DNA of 64,000 nucleotides from Tubiluchus corallicola (Eukaryota; Animalia; Priapulida). The notes beneath the pieces were generated by a model. That model saw only the letters and a list, made by a program, of their open reading frames with translations. It did no database searches and was not told where the DNA came from. The stretch spans positions 124,001-188,000 of the forward strand of contig JAQGDQ010000083.1 of the NCBI GenBank assembly GCA_030141605.1. The letters are read 5' to 3'. Made by a program: the position numbers and the translations under genes. Of the stretch, positions 10,446 to 23,228 are shown piece after piece; within the stretch, counting starts at the first letter, position 1; each line of letters begins with the position of its first letter.

Positions 10446-11560
10446 TTTTTATTGTTATTCAGTCTGATGCAAAAAGTAAGTCTCCATCTAGCAACCGTAG
10501 TGACTTACATTAACAAATTTAGGTTATTTATCGCTAAGCAACTGACCCAGGCTCCAGCTGGCATTGAAAGCAAGAATGTATGGCGCGTCTGATTTCACGA
10601 TGTGTTTTCACTAAGTGTTGTAGTTACAAAAATATACAAAAACAATACAAACTCTGTATACAGGTTTTCTAGTAAAGCCGATGAGCAAAGTACAGTTTAG
10701 AACCTGTAAACATTCATCATCGTATCATTATAGTTTATTCCCATTACGACTATGTTCAAAAATCAAAATCAATTTATTTCACTCCAGCAATACATATACA
10801 ATACATCAACGTACAAAATTATTGAAAAAAAAGAAACAGTATAGGTTAAAAAACGTTGATGAAGTCAAATTAACCAAATAAAAGAGTTGCTGTATGACAC
10901 CTTGAAAGCTTGGCTTGTTGAGGTGACAGGAAATGAGAGAATGAAAGAATGGTTGGGGCAAGAAGAAATGATGGAATGGAAAAAAATAGTAAGATTAGGG
11001 ATAGGAAGAAGGAAAAGAGGAGAAGAAACAACCACATGTTGTAGTGGACAGGGAGAATTCTAAAATAAAAGAAATCTGCTCTCAATACAGGTAAACATAG
11101 CAGTGAATCCAGCAAAAAACTAACACTACTATGCTGATAGCTTGTCAATAGTAAACATGATTAACAAAATACGTTACACACACATTCACAATTCAGCACC
11201 ACTTCCAGTTCCAATGTAAACATTGGAGTCGAATCAGCTTTTTATTAAGTAATTTATTAAGCATCGAAACCAAAAATTATAATAACTTCCATACCCTACT
11301 TGGAACTTCATAATAACTTTAATGCCTTACTACTGCCACGTTAACTGTTGCTAGTTCGCAATATGAGTGCCTAATTTGAAATCGCAGAGGATTATCATTC
11401 ATGAAAGGTTCTCTTCCTACCAGCACCACACCATCTACAAAAGTTGCCCCTGTTGTTTGGTGTAGTTCAGTCGTTCTGTTGAAAACGTCCTCCTTGTGTT
11501 ATTTAGCTGTGCAGTTACACTGCTGCTAGATGGAACATTATTGACTTGTCTATAGTTATT

Positions 11561-12197
11561 GGGTGTGGGAATAGCTCAGTGGTAACGTGCTCGCTTACTA
11601 CCGTGGAGATTGCGGGCCAACTGTCCAGATTTAAAAATTCCAAAGATTTAAAAATGGTACCGATGGTTCTTCTTTGATAAGCGTACGTGTTTATGATTAT
11701 CGAAGTAACATGCGGGCAGGACTGGATTATCCAACAGGCCAGCGTAGGTTGCAGCCTAGAACTGCTCATGCTTGGGGGGGGGGGAGCTTTCAAACTTTGG
11801 TTGACATTTGTGTTTTTCACTACGGTTATGTTGGAATATATGCTAATTTGGTTGGCAATAAATACTAAAATAGGGATATTTCTTTTAAAGAATATTTTTA
11901 TTGACAAACAAAAGACATGCTATTCTGGTTTATTTAAAGAATTTGCAATAAGTTTATTTCAACCTACTTAAATGTCGCTAAACTATATCACAAGTAAAAA
12001 AATATTCAAGACGGATGCGGCGAGGTAGGGGTGGCTTCGTCTGAGGGTGCCCCATAATTTCATTAACGTAGGGGCCCCAAAAAGCCATAATCCAGCTCCG
12101 CATGCGGGTAATAACTGGAACCACCACGGAAATAAGTATTGAATTACCTACGGTGGATTACCTGGCTTATGTCCTAAACGAAATTATTGTTATTATA
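11561..12197 (+). mobile_element. Second copy of the Meta-like tRNA SINE, split by a MITE
   Basis: TAGCTCAGTGGTAACGTGCTCGCT head, CCAAAGATTTAAAAATGGTACC core, and the same 3' end TATGTCCTAAACGAAATTATT as 9358-9600. Confidence 0.8.
11717..12100. mobile_element. hAT-type MITE
   Basis: Perfect 8-bp TSD CATGCGGG (11709-11716, 12101-12108). Imperfect TIR CAGGACTGGATTAT / ATAATCCAGCTCCG. Confidence 0.85.
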
Positions 12198-13259
12198 ATT
12201 ACTATTGTAAATGTTGGTTACACAGCCTCTTATCCAATTCCAACAAGGACAACAAAAATAACATCCAGATGAGTATTCGGGTCAAGTCTTTCGACCAGAA
12301 ATTCCTGGAACAAGATTTGCATGTGACCGTACGCAATGATGCCAGCTCACCATTATAATGCAAATAGCTACAGGCTTCTTATTGTCCACTGGGTAGATGA
12401 CAGTGGAAGTCTGACACAAATTTTGAACTGATAACGGGTTCTGTATGGGCGCCAGTAATAAATCAATTTACAGGGGTAAAAGAAAAGGTAGCAGACAGTG
12501 CAGTAAATCAAGTTTCGCGTGACTCATTGGCGTGGAATGTTAGGGTTTCGACTATTTTGGATGATGCAAGGCGATAATGTGCGAAATTCTCGTAATCAGC
12601 AACATTACATGATTTGAATTGGACAGAACTCGTATTTGAAAGTCTGGGCATCGTTGACGTTGCTCACCGTGATTCGTGGGAGTATCCATTATAATAAGTT
12701 GCACTGTAAAATAAATATATATTAACATTCTAATTTCTAACACATAATTCTGTTGTAAGCGTACTCTTCCCTATGCAAAGGATATATCGTAAGGCAAATA
12801 GCGAGCGAATCTGTAGAACATTATATAGCTTACACCTTTGTTTGGCTTGCTGAGTTGATGAATATATTCATAGTAAAATTTTAGCCATCCTTTTTGCGAC
12901 GTGAAGCTTAGGAATTAGTTTTATGTACACATTTCTAAAAGACGTTTAGCCTACACAAAAGTAATTTACATTTTTATTTGCAATTTGTGTTACAAGTAAT
13001 GCTTTATATAATCGCTAGGCATACATTCTTTGTTACATTTAAACAGTGTTAGTTAGGGAAAAGATCACTTCTCGAACCTATGCCTTTTCTTAATCACTTC
13101 CTCTTATGTAACAGTAAAAAAACACATATTCCCTACTGTGACGAGGAAGGCAAGTAAATCTACAAAATAACGAAGTTAATTTTTATTACAGACACTTAAA
13201 AACATTTATAGAACTTTAAAAGCAATACAACGGTATTAAAACTTTTACTTTAAATTGCT

Positions 13260-13314
13260 AAAATCATACCAAACGTTTCGACAAGCTGCTGCTGTCATCA
13301 CCAGTGGTAATTTT
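13260..13314 (-). ncRNA. Minimal type I hammerhead ribozyme motif (Penelope-like element terminal repeat)
   Basis: The - strand reads UACCA-CUGGUGA-U-GACAG...UUGUC-GAAAC-GUU-UGGUA: perfect 5-bp stem I (extendable by AAAAU/AUUUU), stem II, and palindromic stem III AAACGUUU. The core has an A6->G deviation. Confidence 0.7.
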
Positions 13315-13489
13315 ACAAACATGCAACCAGTTCATATAGGCAGAGTCTATTATGCACTAATTAAGTAGTTAACAAAAGCCAAATAGGTAATGATTAAGCA
13401 GACCTGAAGAAAAGAAATTGATACAGTAACAGATAGTTAAGTGTTTGAAAGTAAAGTTGAAGGAATTGAACTACTTTGTACATTAAGAG

Positions 13490-13600
13490 AAGACTTATTG
13501 GGGTATTTATTTATAGCTCTGGTCACTCTTTTCTGCAGAGTAACCAAAATGTCTAAGAATGTATTGTACCTGTGCTGTGTACATGCAATATTTTAGCAGC
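13490..13600 (-). mobile_element. Short LINE RT C-terminal remnant
   Basis: The - strand reads YNTFLDILVTLQKRVTRAINKYP, resembling the LQK(R/K)AxRxI motif of CR1/L2-group ORF2. Confidence 0.35.
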
Positions 13601-13723
13601 ACGCACCACGTAAATCATTTTTCTCAATATCACCACGAGAGTTACTGAACTGCTACTTAACAAAAAAACATGAAGGCAGACATAATTAACTAACCAGTTA
13701 TATTTTAATTACATACATTTAAC

Positions 13724-14203
13724 CAGGGCCTATTTCAGGGGGGGGGAGTGGGTTACTTCCCTGGGGCCTCTCCTTCCAGGGGGGCCTCGCGCCGAAGTAA
13801 CATTTTTTTTGCTTTTTGCGAACATACTGTCTCCTCTCTCCCTCTCTCTTGCCGCACGCGCGCCGTTTGCCTTGAGCGGCTCGGTGCGATGTTCAGCTGT
13901 TTTCAATTTCGGAATTTCTAACACCGGCTTGTACGGAAGTGAGAGAGTACGGTATCACATATTGCAAAGATGTTGTTTTTTATTTGACTATTTGACAAGT
14001 ATTAAGGACTGGTCTTGAGAATAAAGCAGTTTTTCTTTCAATTGTTCTTTCCTTTAACAACTGTATAACTTCATATTTTCTCTTCGAAAATACTTCTCCG
14101 GCGTTCTAGCAGTTCAAAAATTTTCTGGGCGCCAACCATGGTGGCGCCCGTCCAACGCCCCCCCCCCCCCCAGGGGGCCTCGCTTAGGCTGAAATAGGCC
14201 CTG
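13724..14203. mobile_element. hAT-type MITE, 480 bp, young
   Basis: Perfect 15-bp TIR CAGGGCCTATTTCAG/CTGAAATAGGCCCTG and perfect 8-bp TSD CATTTAAC (13716-13723, 14204-14211). GGGGCCTC subterminal motifs. Confidence 0.95.
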
Positions 14204-16054
14204 CATTTAACAACAGTTAACACGAAGACAATCAGTGAACTTTAAATAAACCCGAGAAAGCCCTGTGACGGTAATTAAAGTTCTCACTTGTGAATTTAAC
14301 CAGCATTTAATGACAAAACCAACAACGAGTGGAAAAACAAATGACCCTCGTTCCACGAGCTGTCCATCTCTGTTCACAATGCTATCATATTAAATCTATT
14401 GTTTATTTTCACGCATCCGTAAATTTGCTCAGCTCTTACAGTGTAACCAGATCACCCTCTGTACATATACACCTTAACTGATCATTCTGTTTTAAAATAT
14501 GTTATGTCTGCTATACTGCGAAGCTAGAAAACCAACAGTTGGGCCTGTGAAACCTTTTTTACCTTTGATTTTGGAAAATGGAACTAACGGCGTAGTTCAA
14601 GATCACTTTCTATCTAAAGTAAAAACGTAACAACATCCGGATAAATATATGGAGAGGCGGCACATTGATAAGAAACATAAAATATATTTTTATATATGTC
14701 GTACACAGGAGTTAGACTTAAAGTCAATGCACCAAGTACGATGTCAGTTAAGTAAACTCTTGCGAAGATCGCTTCAATATTGTTGTGCAGTTTGGAAACT
14801 AATGCTGTCCTATTTAAATAAAAAATATTACTTAATTAGAATGCCAAGTACCAATGATAAGCTTATGTTTCGTTGCTTTTTGCAGATAAAATATCTGTGG
14901 GCAAAATTACGTGTAGAAAACACCGTCTTTGCAAAACGCTTGTAACAGTTTATTTTTGCAAAACGCTTGTAACAGTTTATTTTCCTAGTGCTTATAGAGT
15001 GTTTACTGTTTTATTTAGTTCAGAAGTTTTGCTGTTTTTGAGATGAAGTTGACACAAAACAACTTAAAACAGTTTTTGATTTATAACGCACCAAAAAGCT
15101 ATTTCTTTAGCTTGAAAAACATATAAGTAAGAGAAAGCAATATTAATGGTTCAATATAATTAGATAACGACGTGAATTAGTTTATGTAGTTTATGTACGT
15201 TGTACCACGACGTATCGTAAATTACGAAGCTATGCATTGTTTTATTTTATTTTTTGGCCTGTAATTTAAATAGTCAGAACAATTAAGACCTTTCGAAATA
15301 AGTGGTTATTAAATCTATAGTGTATCTAGTTAATTGTGTATTTATTACAAACTTTCTACAGCAGGACGAACATTTTTTATTTTGTGAAACTATTCATTGG
15401 GTAGGAGCGAAATATTTGGTTATTTTTTCATATTTTACGGTTTTTTCTCAACGGATTCACCTCGATTTTACTGATATATGTCAAATTATTCTCTAGCTAT
15501 TCAGCGAGTTTAGCAGCCATTTTCGACGATGCAGAAAATTTCTAATTTTGTATTTTATTGACGCTTCGTAATTTGATACCAGCGAATAATAATGGCACGA
15601 TCGCATACCACCACCGAGCCAGGTCAGTTTAGGTAAAGTTTATCCTGAAATTACTCTTCTCTAATAACAATTCACCACATGATTGTGTTTCATGCAGTTT
15701 AATGTGAAACCCTTCAGTTATATGTGAAATTAATAATATTATGGAACTGATGTAAACTATTATTTAAACAGTTTTGGCTCGCATGCAGATTGTATAAAAT
15801 AGATGAAACCTTTCAAATAATATGAGGCCTGATTACTTGATATTATTGTTTATGATTTATGAAGGTTTTTTGCTTCGTCATAAATATCAGTGGCAGTAAA
15901 TATGACCAACTACATAAAGTACTAAACTGTAAAGTATGCAGGTCTGCAGGATAAATTTTAAAAAATGTGTTTGTCATATGTAACGAACACTGTGTGGAAC
16001 GTGTGCACATTATTGATACTGCTTACTATTCCGTGATGAAGAGAGAAAATAAAA

Positions 16055-16095
16055 GGGAGAGAATGGGGAGAGAGAGAAGGAGACAGAGAGAGAGA

Positions 16096-16171
<76 letters not shown>

Positions 16172-16239
16172 AAAGAGAGAGAGAGACAGAGAGAAAGAGA
16201 GAGAGACAGGAGGGAGTAAGAGAAAGAGAGAAAGAGAGT

Positions 16240-16290
<51 letters not shown>

Positions 16291-16366
16291 GGGAGAGAGA
16301 GGGGAGAGAGAGTGATGAAGAGAGAGAGAGAGAAAGAGAGAGGGGAGAAAGAGAGAGAAAGAAAGA

Positions 16367-16406
<40 letters not shown>
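16055..16406. repeat. (AG)n microsatellite
   Basis: Directly visible. Explains the RE-repeat ORF. Confidence 0.95.
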
Positions 16407-16409
<3 letters not shown>

Positions 16410-18530
16410 GGCTTCCTTATATAAATAAGTTCTTGTTGCTACGCCTTGGATGCCTCAGTCCTGTTGTGAAGCTTTGGAACTAATCTTAATATATTAAACG
16501 AATATATTATTTTATTTTTAGGAGCATAGTATGAGGTAGCTTGTCCTGGCACGAAAATTAACCTTATCAGAATTGCGCGCTCGATTAAGTTTTTTGTAAT
16601 ACTATATATTGACAACATTATCAGCTAAAAGGTACAAAGGCTTCACTCTAATAACGTAAATTCCTCTGAAAATTTAATAAACTTTGCTGCTATTTTCTTT
16701 CACAACGAACCTGCTAGACTGGCGTTATTTCAAAACAAATACACTATGCAGGTGCGTGAATGTATGAATAATCTCACGACAAAAGATTACACGAACTTTT
16801 TGATTTTCCTGGGGAAAAATTGTTTAGCAAACAAAAGCCTCGGCGCAGTTATAGAACGGAGGCGGTTCACTAACGCAATGCGCTACTCGTAATTTGCTAA
16901 TACCAACATATAGGTAAAGTGCATTTATAATGTACACGCAATGTGGCATGCCTGTACCTGACTACATTATAGATCGTACATTAAATGTATCATCGTCTGA
17001 TGTTTACCAACGTATTAGGTTCCCATCCATGTACAAATAACCCATTTTTCGAAAAATGATACAAAATATGCGCGGAATCACGCCTTCCTCACGCATATTT
17101 TGACCAAAATCCATCTGATTTTTGGACAATGTCCAATTTTAGCCTCTGAACAACTGGACTCCCAGTAGAAATAAATTAGTCACGTTTATTTTTCTTAAAA
17201 ATTTTGAATTTTAAATTTCTTTTGTCTATCTCTGATTTCTTTTTCCTTCTCTCGCTCATTCACTCTTTCCTTTCTCTGTTCTCGATTAAAAGCAGGAGTC
17301 ATTGTACATTACAATGTATATATATATGTGGTACGGCTTAAGGCAGATAAAAAAAACCAAGCAGTACACCACGTGGTCTACACGGTACACTGGTCTAGTA
17401 TGGATTATTTAAGTATGAAGCATGTACTAGGCCAAGACTATACTATACTGAGAAAGTACATTATTTACATACATGTACCACGATGAGTCAGATTGGCGTC
17501 ATAACCTCAAAGTTTTTCAAAGTGAAGCAGCACTCGTTCTGGTTAGTACCTGCTAAGCATTTGAACATCTGACAATTCTGCCGTTTTAGAAATCTTTCCT
17601 TATTTGGATAAAGCTACCCAAGCTTCTTCAGGGATTAAGTAGTAGCCCCAAGACTATAGAGAATAAATTTACTTAGTGATCAATGCTAGGTCAGCATTCC
17701 TCTGTGAACAGTAACAGTTCCGGTTTACTACAGAATGTAATTTTTACCAAATCGTGTTTGCTGCCTTTATTCTGAATGCTGGTCGGCTTGCACGGGCAAA
17801 CGAAAATAAAAAATCCAACATTTTTCTTCACTATTTGTTTCAGCCAAGTATTGTAGATGTAAAATAACGTTTAGTATTTCTGGACACGTAGGGCACGCCA
17901 GAATTGTTCAAAAAGATTTGAAAACTCAGAAGCACATCCAGGAAGTGCTTGATTGCTTTAAGATTGCAATTACTAAAAGGGAAATATGATTAAAGGCGCC
18001 ATGTCTTATGAGGATGGTAACCCATCTTGACAAATAACCTTCTGATATGTAAAAACCATTATACGCCAATAGACTCTGTGCCTTGTTCACGAATTCATGT
18101 GAGAATTGTCACTTATTCTTGCGCGCTTCTGTGGAAGTAAGCCTCTTGTTCGATCTTATCTGTCGCTTGAATAGTTTAATCACAGCAAATTGGGTATGAC
18201 ACGCATCCTATCAACTGGGGATTGTATAATCTCGAGTAATAAAAGATTTAGAATGGTATGGGGAATAGGGACTGACATACGCGACCGTATAATCATCTAT
18301 CGCTATACTGATTTAGTGATGCGTTGATGCCTTTTCCACATTGTTTACCAAACTATAGACAACCGTTAGGTGCAGGAACCACAGAAAAGCAGGGCAGTAG
18401 TAATTGCCTAGGTAGGTAGGAAGTTATAGTGGAGCCAGTTTCGTAAGACTTACTCCAAAAGAATTTTAGATCTGTGCTGCCCTAGTGTTAAGTAAGCATG
18501 TGCCTCACTATTGGGTAAGTACGTAGGCAC

Positions 18531-19453
18531 TAGGCAGGTAGGTAAGTGGGTACTAAGTAGTATGTAAGAAGGTAAGCAGGTAGGTAAATACGTAGGTAAG
18601 CAGCTGGTCAGGTATATAGGGGAATAGTAACAAACAGGGAATAGGCAGGCAGGCAGGCATACGAACAATAGGTTGTTAGTTAGGTAGGCAGGTAGGTAGG
18701 TAGGTGGGTAGGAAGGTAGGTTGGTTGGTAGATAGGTAGGTAGGCAGGCAGGTAAGTAGGTAAGAAGGCAGGGCGTAGGTAGGTAAGTAGGATGTACATA
18801 TAGGTAGGCAAAGCAGGTATCTAGGTAGGCAGCTAAGTAGGCAGGTAGGTAAGTGGGTACTAAGTAGTATGTAAGAAGGTAAGCAGGTAGGTAAATACGT
18901 AGGTAAGTAGCTGGTCAGGTATATAGGGGAATAGTACAAACAGGGAATAGGCAGGCAGGCAGGCAGGCATACGAACAATAGGTTGTTAGTTAGGTAGGTA
19001 GGTAGGTGGGTAGGAAGGTAGGTTGGTTGGTAGATAGGTAGGTAGGCAGGCAGGTAAGTAGGTAAGAAGGCAGGGCGTAGGTAGGTAAGTAGGATGTACA
19101 TATAGGTAGGCAAAGCAGGTATCTAGGTAGGCAGCTAAGTAGGCAGGTAGGTAAGTGGGTACTAAGTAGTATGTAAGAAGGTAAGCAGGTAGGTAAATAC
19201 GTAGGTAAGTAGCTGGTCAGGTATATAGGGGAATAGTACAAACAGGGAATAGGCAGGCAGGCAGGCAGGCATACGAACAATAGGTTGTTAGTTAGGTAGG
19301 TAGGTAGGTGGGTAGGAAGGTAGGTTGGTTGGTAGATAGGTAGGTAGGCAGGCAGGTAAGTAGGTAAGAAGGCAGGGCGTAGGTAGGTAAGTAGGATGTA
19401 CATATAGGTAGGCAAAGCAGGTATCTAGGTAGGCAGCTAAGTAGGCAGGTAGG
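18531..19453. repeat. ~302-bp tandem repeat x3 built from degenerate (AGGT/AGGC)n
   Basis: Unit starts at 18531, 18838, 19140 and 19442 (periods 307, 302, 302). Degenerate tetramer flank continues to ~19635. Confidence 0.9.
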
Positions 19454-20714
19454 TAGGCATTTAGGTATAGGTAGGTAGGTCAGTCGGTCGGTAGGTAAGT
19501 CGGTAGGAAGGTAGGTAGGTGGGTAAGAAGGCAGAGGGTTGGTAGGTAAGTAGGATGTGCCTATAGGTAGGTAGGCAGGTTGGCAGACTGTGGGTAGGCA
19601 GGAAGTTAGGTGGGTGGCTATGTAGGTAGCTAGACAGCTTCGTATATCTTTCATGATATTACGATTAATGCTTCTGGACGCAGATGAAGTTAAACCTCTT
19701 CGTCTTCATTGTCTTCCTTCAACGCGATTGCCATCTTCTGCCTGCTAATGCCACTCGGCGGTCCATTTGTGTTGTAACATTTTAGCTGCTACTTATAAAA
19801 GCACAATGTCCCTCAAGGGCAAGCACATTACTGTTATTACCACTAAGGGTAAAATATCATTATTCCAATTACTGCTTATTTCACAGAGTTTAAGTTGCAA
19901 ATGTGAAATGATACACGGCAAATTGAAGTGCTGTAAGCAGTTCCTAACAGCCAACCATAACGGCTATTGGTTCAAATGACATGTTGACTGCTGTGTATTT
20001 CTTGGTCCGTTACAGTATACGCTCAGCTCTGTAATATTTTCGGTTGGGGGGGGGGGGTATAACTTTGAAGATAAAGCTGCTGCAAGAGAAGTCAACGCTG
20101 ACACAGTACACAGTACCGTTTTTATTATTTATTATTTATTTATTAGGCACAAGAAATAACTACACGAGTAAAAAGTAAACAGTAAAATTTTATAGCTATA
20201 ATCAATAAGAAGATTACCAATAAAAAGTTAAATGAAGTTTCAATTCAAGTAAAAGAGTTATAAGGGAAAGAAATGAAAGTTTGAAAACACGACAACTTTC
20301 ACTTTAATCACAATTTCAACTTCACATCATAGTTACATAAATAGTTATTATTACTGTTTTACCTATGTTGTTAATTAATGTATCACTGAGTCACTGAGTC
20401 ACGTAATGCGATTTTTATATCGTTACGCGTTTCGTATCAACCCAAGAATATGTTGCGGTGATCGACGCTGTGAATCCAACTATTCAAACTGGCAGGTAAC
20501 ATTACTTATTTGTCAAATCCGTTACGATTGAACTTTCTAACTCTTAGATCATTAGAGGAAAGACGGTTAGATAAAGATTTATACTGTGTTATCAAATCAT
20601 ACATAAAGACGTAGATATAGACAGAGATAAATTTTTCTCATTTGCTACATCTAGTCGGACAAGAAGTACCAACTCACTTAAAATGTATGTCAAGCGATCT
20701 GCTAAAAATATTTG

Positions 20715-21405
20715 GTCATTTTTTTCGATTTGGAGTAGTTTACCAGAAATTGTAAATGATGCACCATTAGCAAAAGCTCGCAATGCAAACTTTTTTTATA
20801 CGGCGACTAAATTATGTCGATCTAAATGCTTTCTTAGTATTTAACAGGCACATGTAAGAAGCATTTGCTTTTCGTGTCTCCCCCACACCGCCCCTCATTA
20901 TCATGCTGCTTTTTGTGTATGTACGTAATTTAATGTGTATAGCATGTTTTTATATGATGTATATGTTTGTATGTATATGTATGTATCTTAATGTATATTG
21001 TTTACTTCTCATTTGGTGTGTAATAAACTTAAACTTAATTGTAGCAACTATCCTAACAGTAAACAAGCTTTTCGTGCGTCGAAGAGCTAAAGTATCATTT
21101 GGTCAATTTTTCTCAAATCGTGTTGTACCGATTTGGAACTCACTGCCTGCATATGTTGATGGTGTACCCCACGTAACTGCATAAAATATTAAGTTATTTA
21201 AAAACCGCCTATATAAAGTTAACTTGCATAAATTCCTTGTACACAACGGACACATGTAAGCAGTTAATATCTTTGTGTCTTTACCACACTCTTGTAAATA
21301 TTTTATTTGTATGTTCTTTGCCAACGTGTTTTATATTATATTGTTTTTATTGTAGACTCTATTTTACTATTGGGTGTGATTAAAATAGAATAAATAAATA
21401 AATAA
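20715..21405 (+). mobile_element. Two adjacent CR1/L2-group LINE 3' ends
   Basis: WSSLPEIV near 20730, then FGQFFSNRVVPIWNSLPAYV...FKNRL (21095-21230), the typical CR1-like ORF2 C-terminus. Ends in an (AAAT)n tail at ~21390-21405. Confidence 0.7.
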
Positions 21406-21779
21406 GCAGTTTTTCTCTTGATGTTTTCTTCTTTTCTTGCTCCCATGTAGCTTTTCGCTTATGACGTACATTTTGTTCCAGATTGTAAATCCATCTACGC
21501 TGTTATCTATAATCAGTTATAATGCAATCTTGCATTTGTAGATACAACAGATGAGCTATAGGAGCTAATTAAGCACATCATAGAAGCAATGTAGCTAGCT
21601 AATAATTTGCGATCGCGCTAATTAGTTTGATTTATGGTCCAACACAAACACTAGCAGGTGCGCTATGGGAATATTGAGAACATGAGAGAACTGTGACACC
21701 TGAGCACGTTTGGTATAAAATGGAGTTACACATAAGCAATGGCGGGTTTTTATTTACTCACAAATTCCAGAAAATCACA

Positions 21780-22001
21780 GCAACGGCAACAACAACAGCA
21801 GTAATTGCAAAAAATAACAGGAACAACAACAGCGACAGCGACAATGGTAACGACAATGACAACAACAAGAACGACGACGACAACGACAACGATAGCGACA
21901 GAAACAACAGCAGCAACGATATAACAACAAAAACAATAACAACAACAACGATAAAATAAGACAACAATAGCAGCAACAACAGCGAAAACGGTAGCAGCAG
22001 A

Positions 22002-22032
<31 letters not shown>

Positions 22033-22350
22033 GCAGCCCCTGCTATAAAACTAGCGTTTTTTATGATTTGACAATAGTGCAAGTGTCAAAAGGTGGAATA
22101 TATTTAATTTAGATGGTTGTGGCAAGATCAGAGCCTGATTCATCATCAAGGCTACGCATCTAAGTTGACACACTAAAAAAATTTGCAGAGATATTTTAGC
22201 CACAAGAGGAAAACAACCAATATCGCAAAACTATCCCGAGCAAGTATTGAACCAGGTGATCACCCATCCTTAACTGACCAGCTTCGACTGACCATTCTTA
22301 ATTTTGGTCACTAACAGCTCATTCCGTCCGTGACCACTCGGCTATACATC
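21780..22350 (-). mobile_element. Decayed composite tRNA/5S-headed SINE with (GTT)/(CTG) microsatellite tail
   Basis: The - strand head has A-box TAGCCGAGTGG followed by 5S-like ...GCTGGTCAGTTAAGGATGGGTGATCACCTGG. Body 22031-22199 recurs inverted at 23229-23397. Confidence 0.5.
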
Positions 22351-22391
22351 ACACTTGAAAGTGCTAATTTTGTGTCAGCTTTAATGACAAG

Positions 22392-23148
22392 TTGGGCGGG
22401 TTCTAGGTCATTTGACGCCCTAGCCAAAAGTATTTTTAATCCCCCACACATACGTCATACAACCACTACAAAATTGTGTTTTTGTTGTATATATTAAAGT
22501 ATTAATGGTACTTGTGTGTTGGGCCTATACATTATTGTGTACTGATTAACTGAAGTTAACTACCACTCTACAACTACATTTGAAATTGACATCATTGTAC
22601 GTCCTGGGTCTTCACGAGCAATCAATATTTCTACAATTTCAGCCGCGCAGCCTTCATGTTCATATTCATGGCTAGATTTTCCTTCAGCCTTATCATCAGA
22701 GAACAGTGACTGAGTCTTCTGACTCCTCTTTTTCACATACGTCCATTCCATTAGCATCATCATCTTCACAACCATATAACTCTGGTCTGGTTGTAAATAC
22801 TCTCTTTTAAGATTTTGTTGCTGTTCACTGTCCACCAGCTTCTTTTACTTTTTGTTTCGTGTATTATGCTACTGAAAGCTTCGACTCTTACAAGTCTATC
22901 TGCCACGATTAGATAAATGCTAATGCAAGGAACTTTTCTGTTAAGGAAAGGAGTCGTTACTTTGGCTGCTGCCCTATGCCTACAATATAAACTGTGGACA
23001 AGAACTTGGTAACGTGTCAATCACTATGTTATTGCTTATACTAAACTTAAAAATAAGGAATCACTTCCAGAATTTTGAGCCCCTCCCCTCTAAGAAAATG
23101 GTGCCCTAGGCAACCCGTCTAGTTTGCCTGGTGGTAAAGCCGGTCCTA
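22392..23148. mobile_element. hAT non-autonomous element (possible transposase remnant inside)
   Basis: TSD ATGACAAG/ACGACAAG (7/8 match, 22384-22391 and 23149-23156). Ends TTGGGCGGG and CCGGTCCTA. GCCCTAG subterminal motifs. Confidence 0.65.
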
Positions 23149-23228
23149 ACGACAAGAATAATTATTGAAATGTTTAAAACAGTAAAGTAAAAAGATTGAA
23201 GAAAATTCGCATTCACATTTGAACATGT

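Noticed and set aside
15213-15578. Short inverted repeat AAATTACGAAGC / GCTTCGTAATTT suggesting a MITE
   Set aside because: Only 12 bp, with no clear TSD or second copy in the window.
15967-16428. RE-rich, poly-Leu, poly-His, poly-Cys, SL- and IV-repeat ORFs here and across the window
   Set aside because: All are translations of simple microsatellites with no splice or start context.
18450-19654. Repeated LPTY-rich ORFs on the - strand
   Set aside because: Artefact of the (ACCT)n-derived 302-bp satellite.
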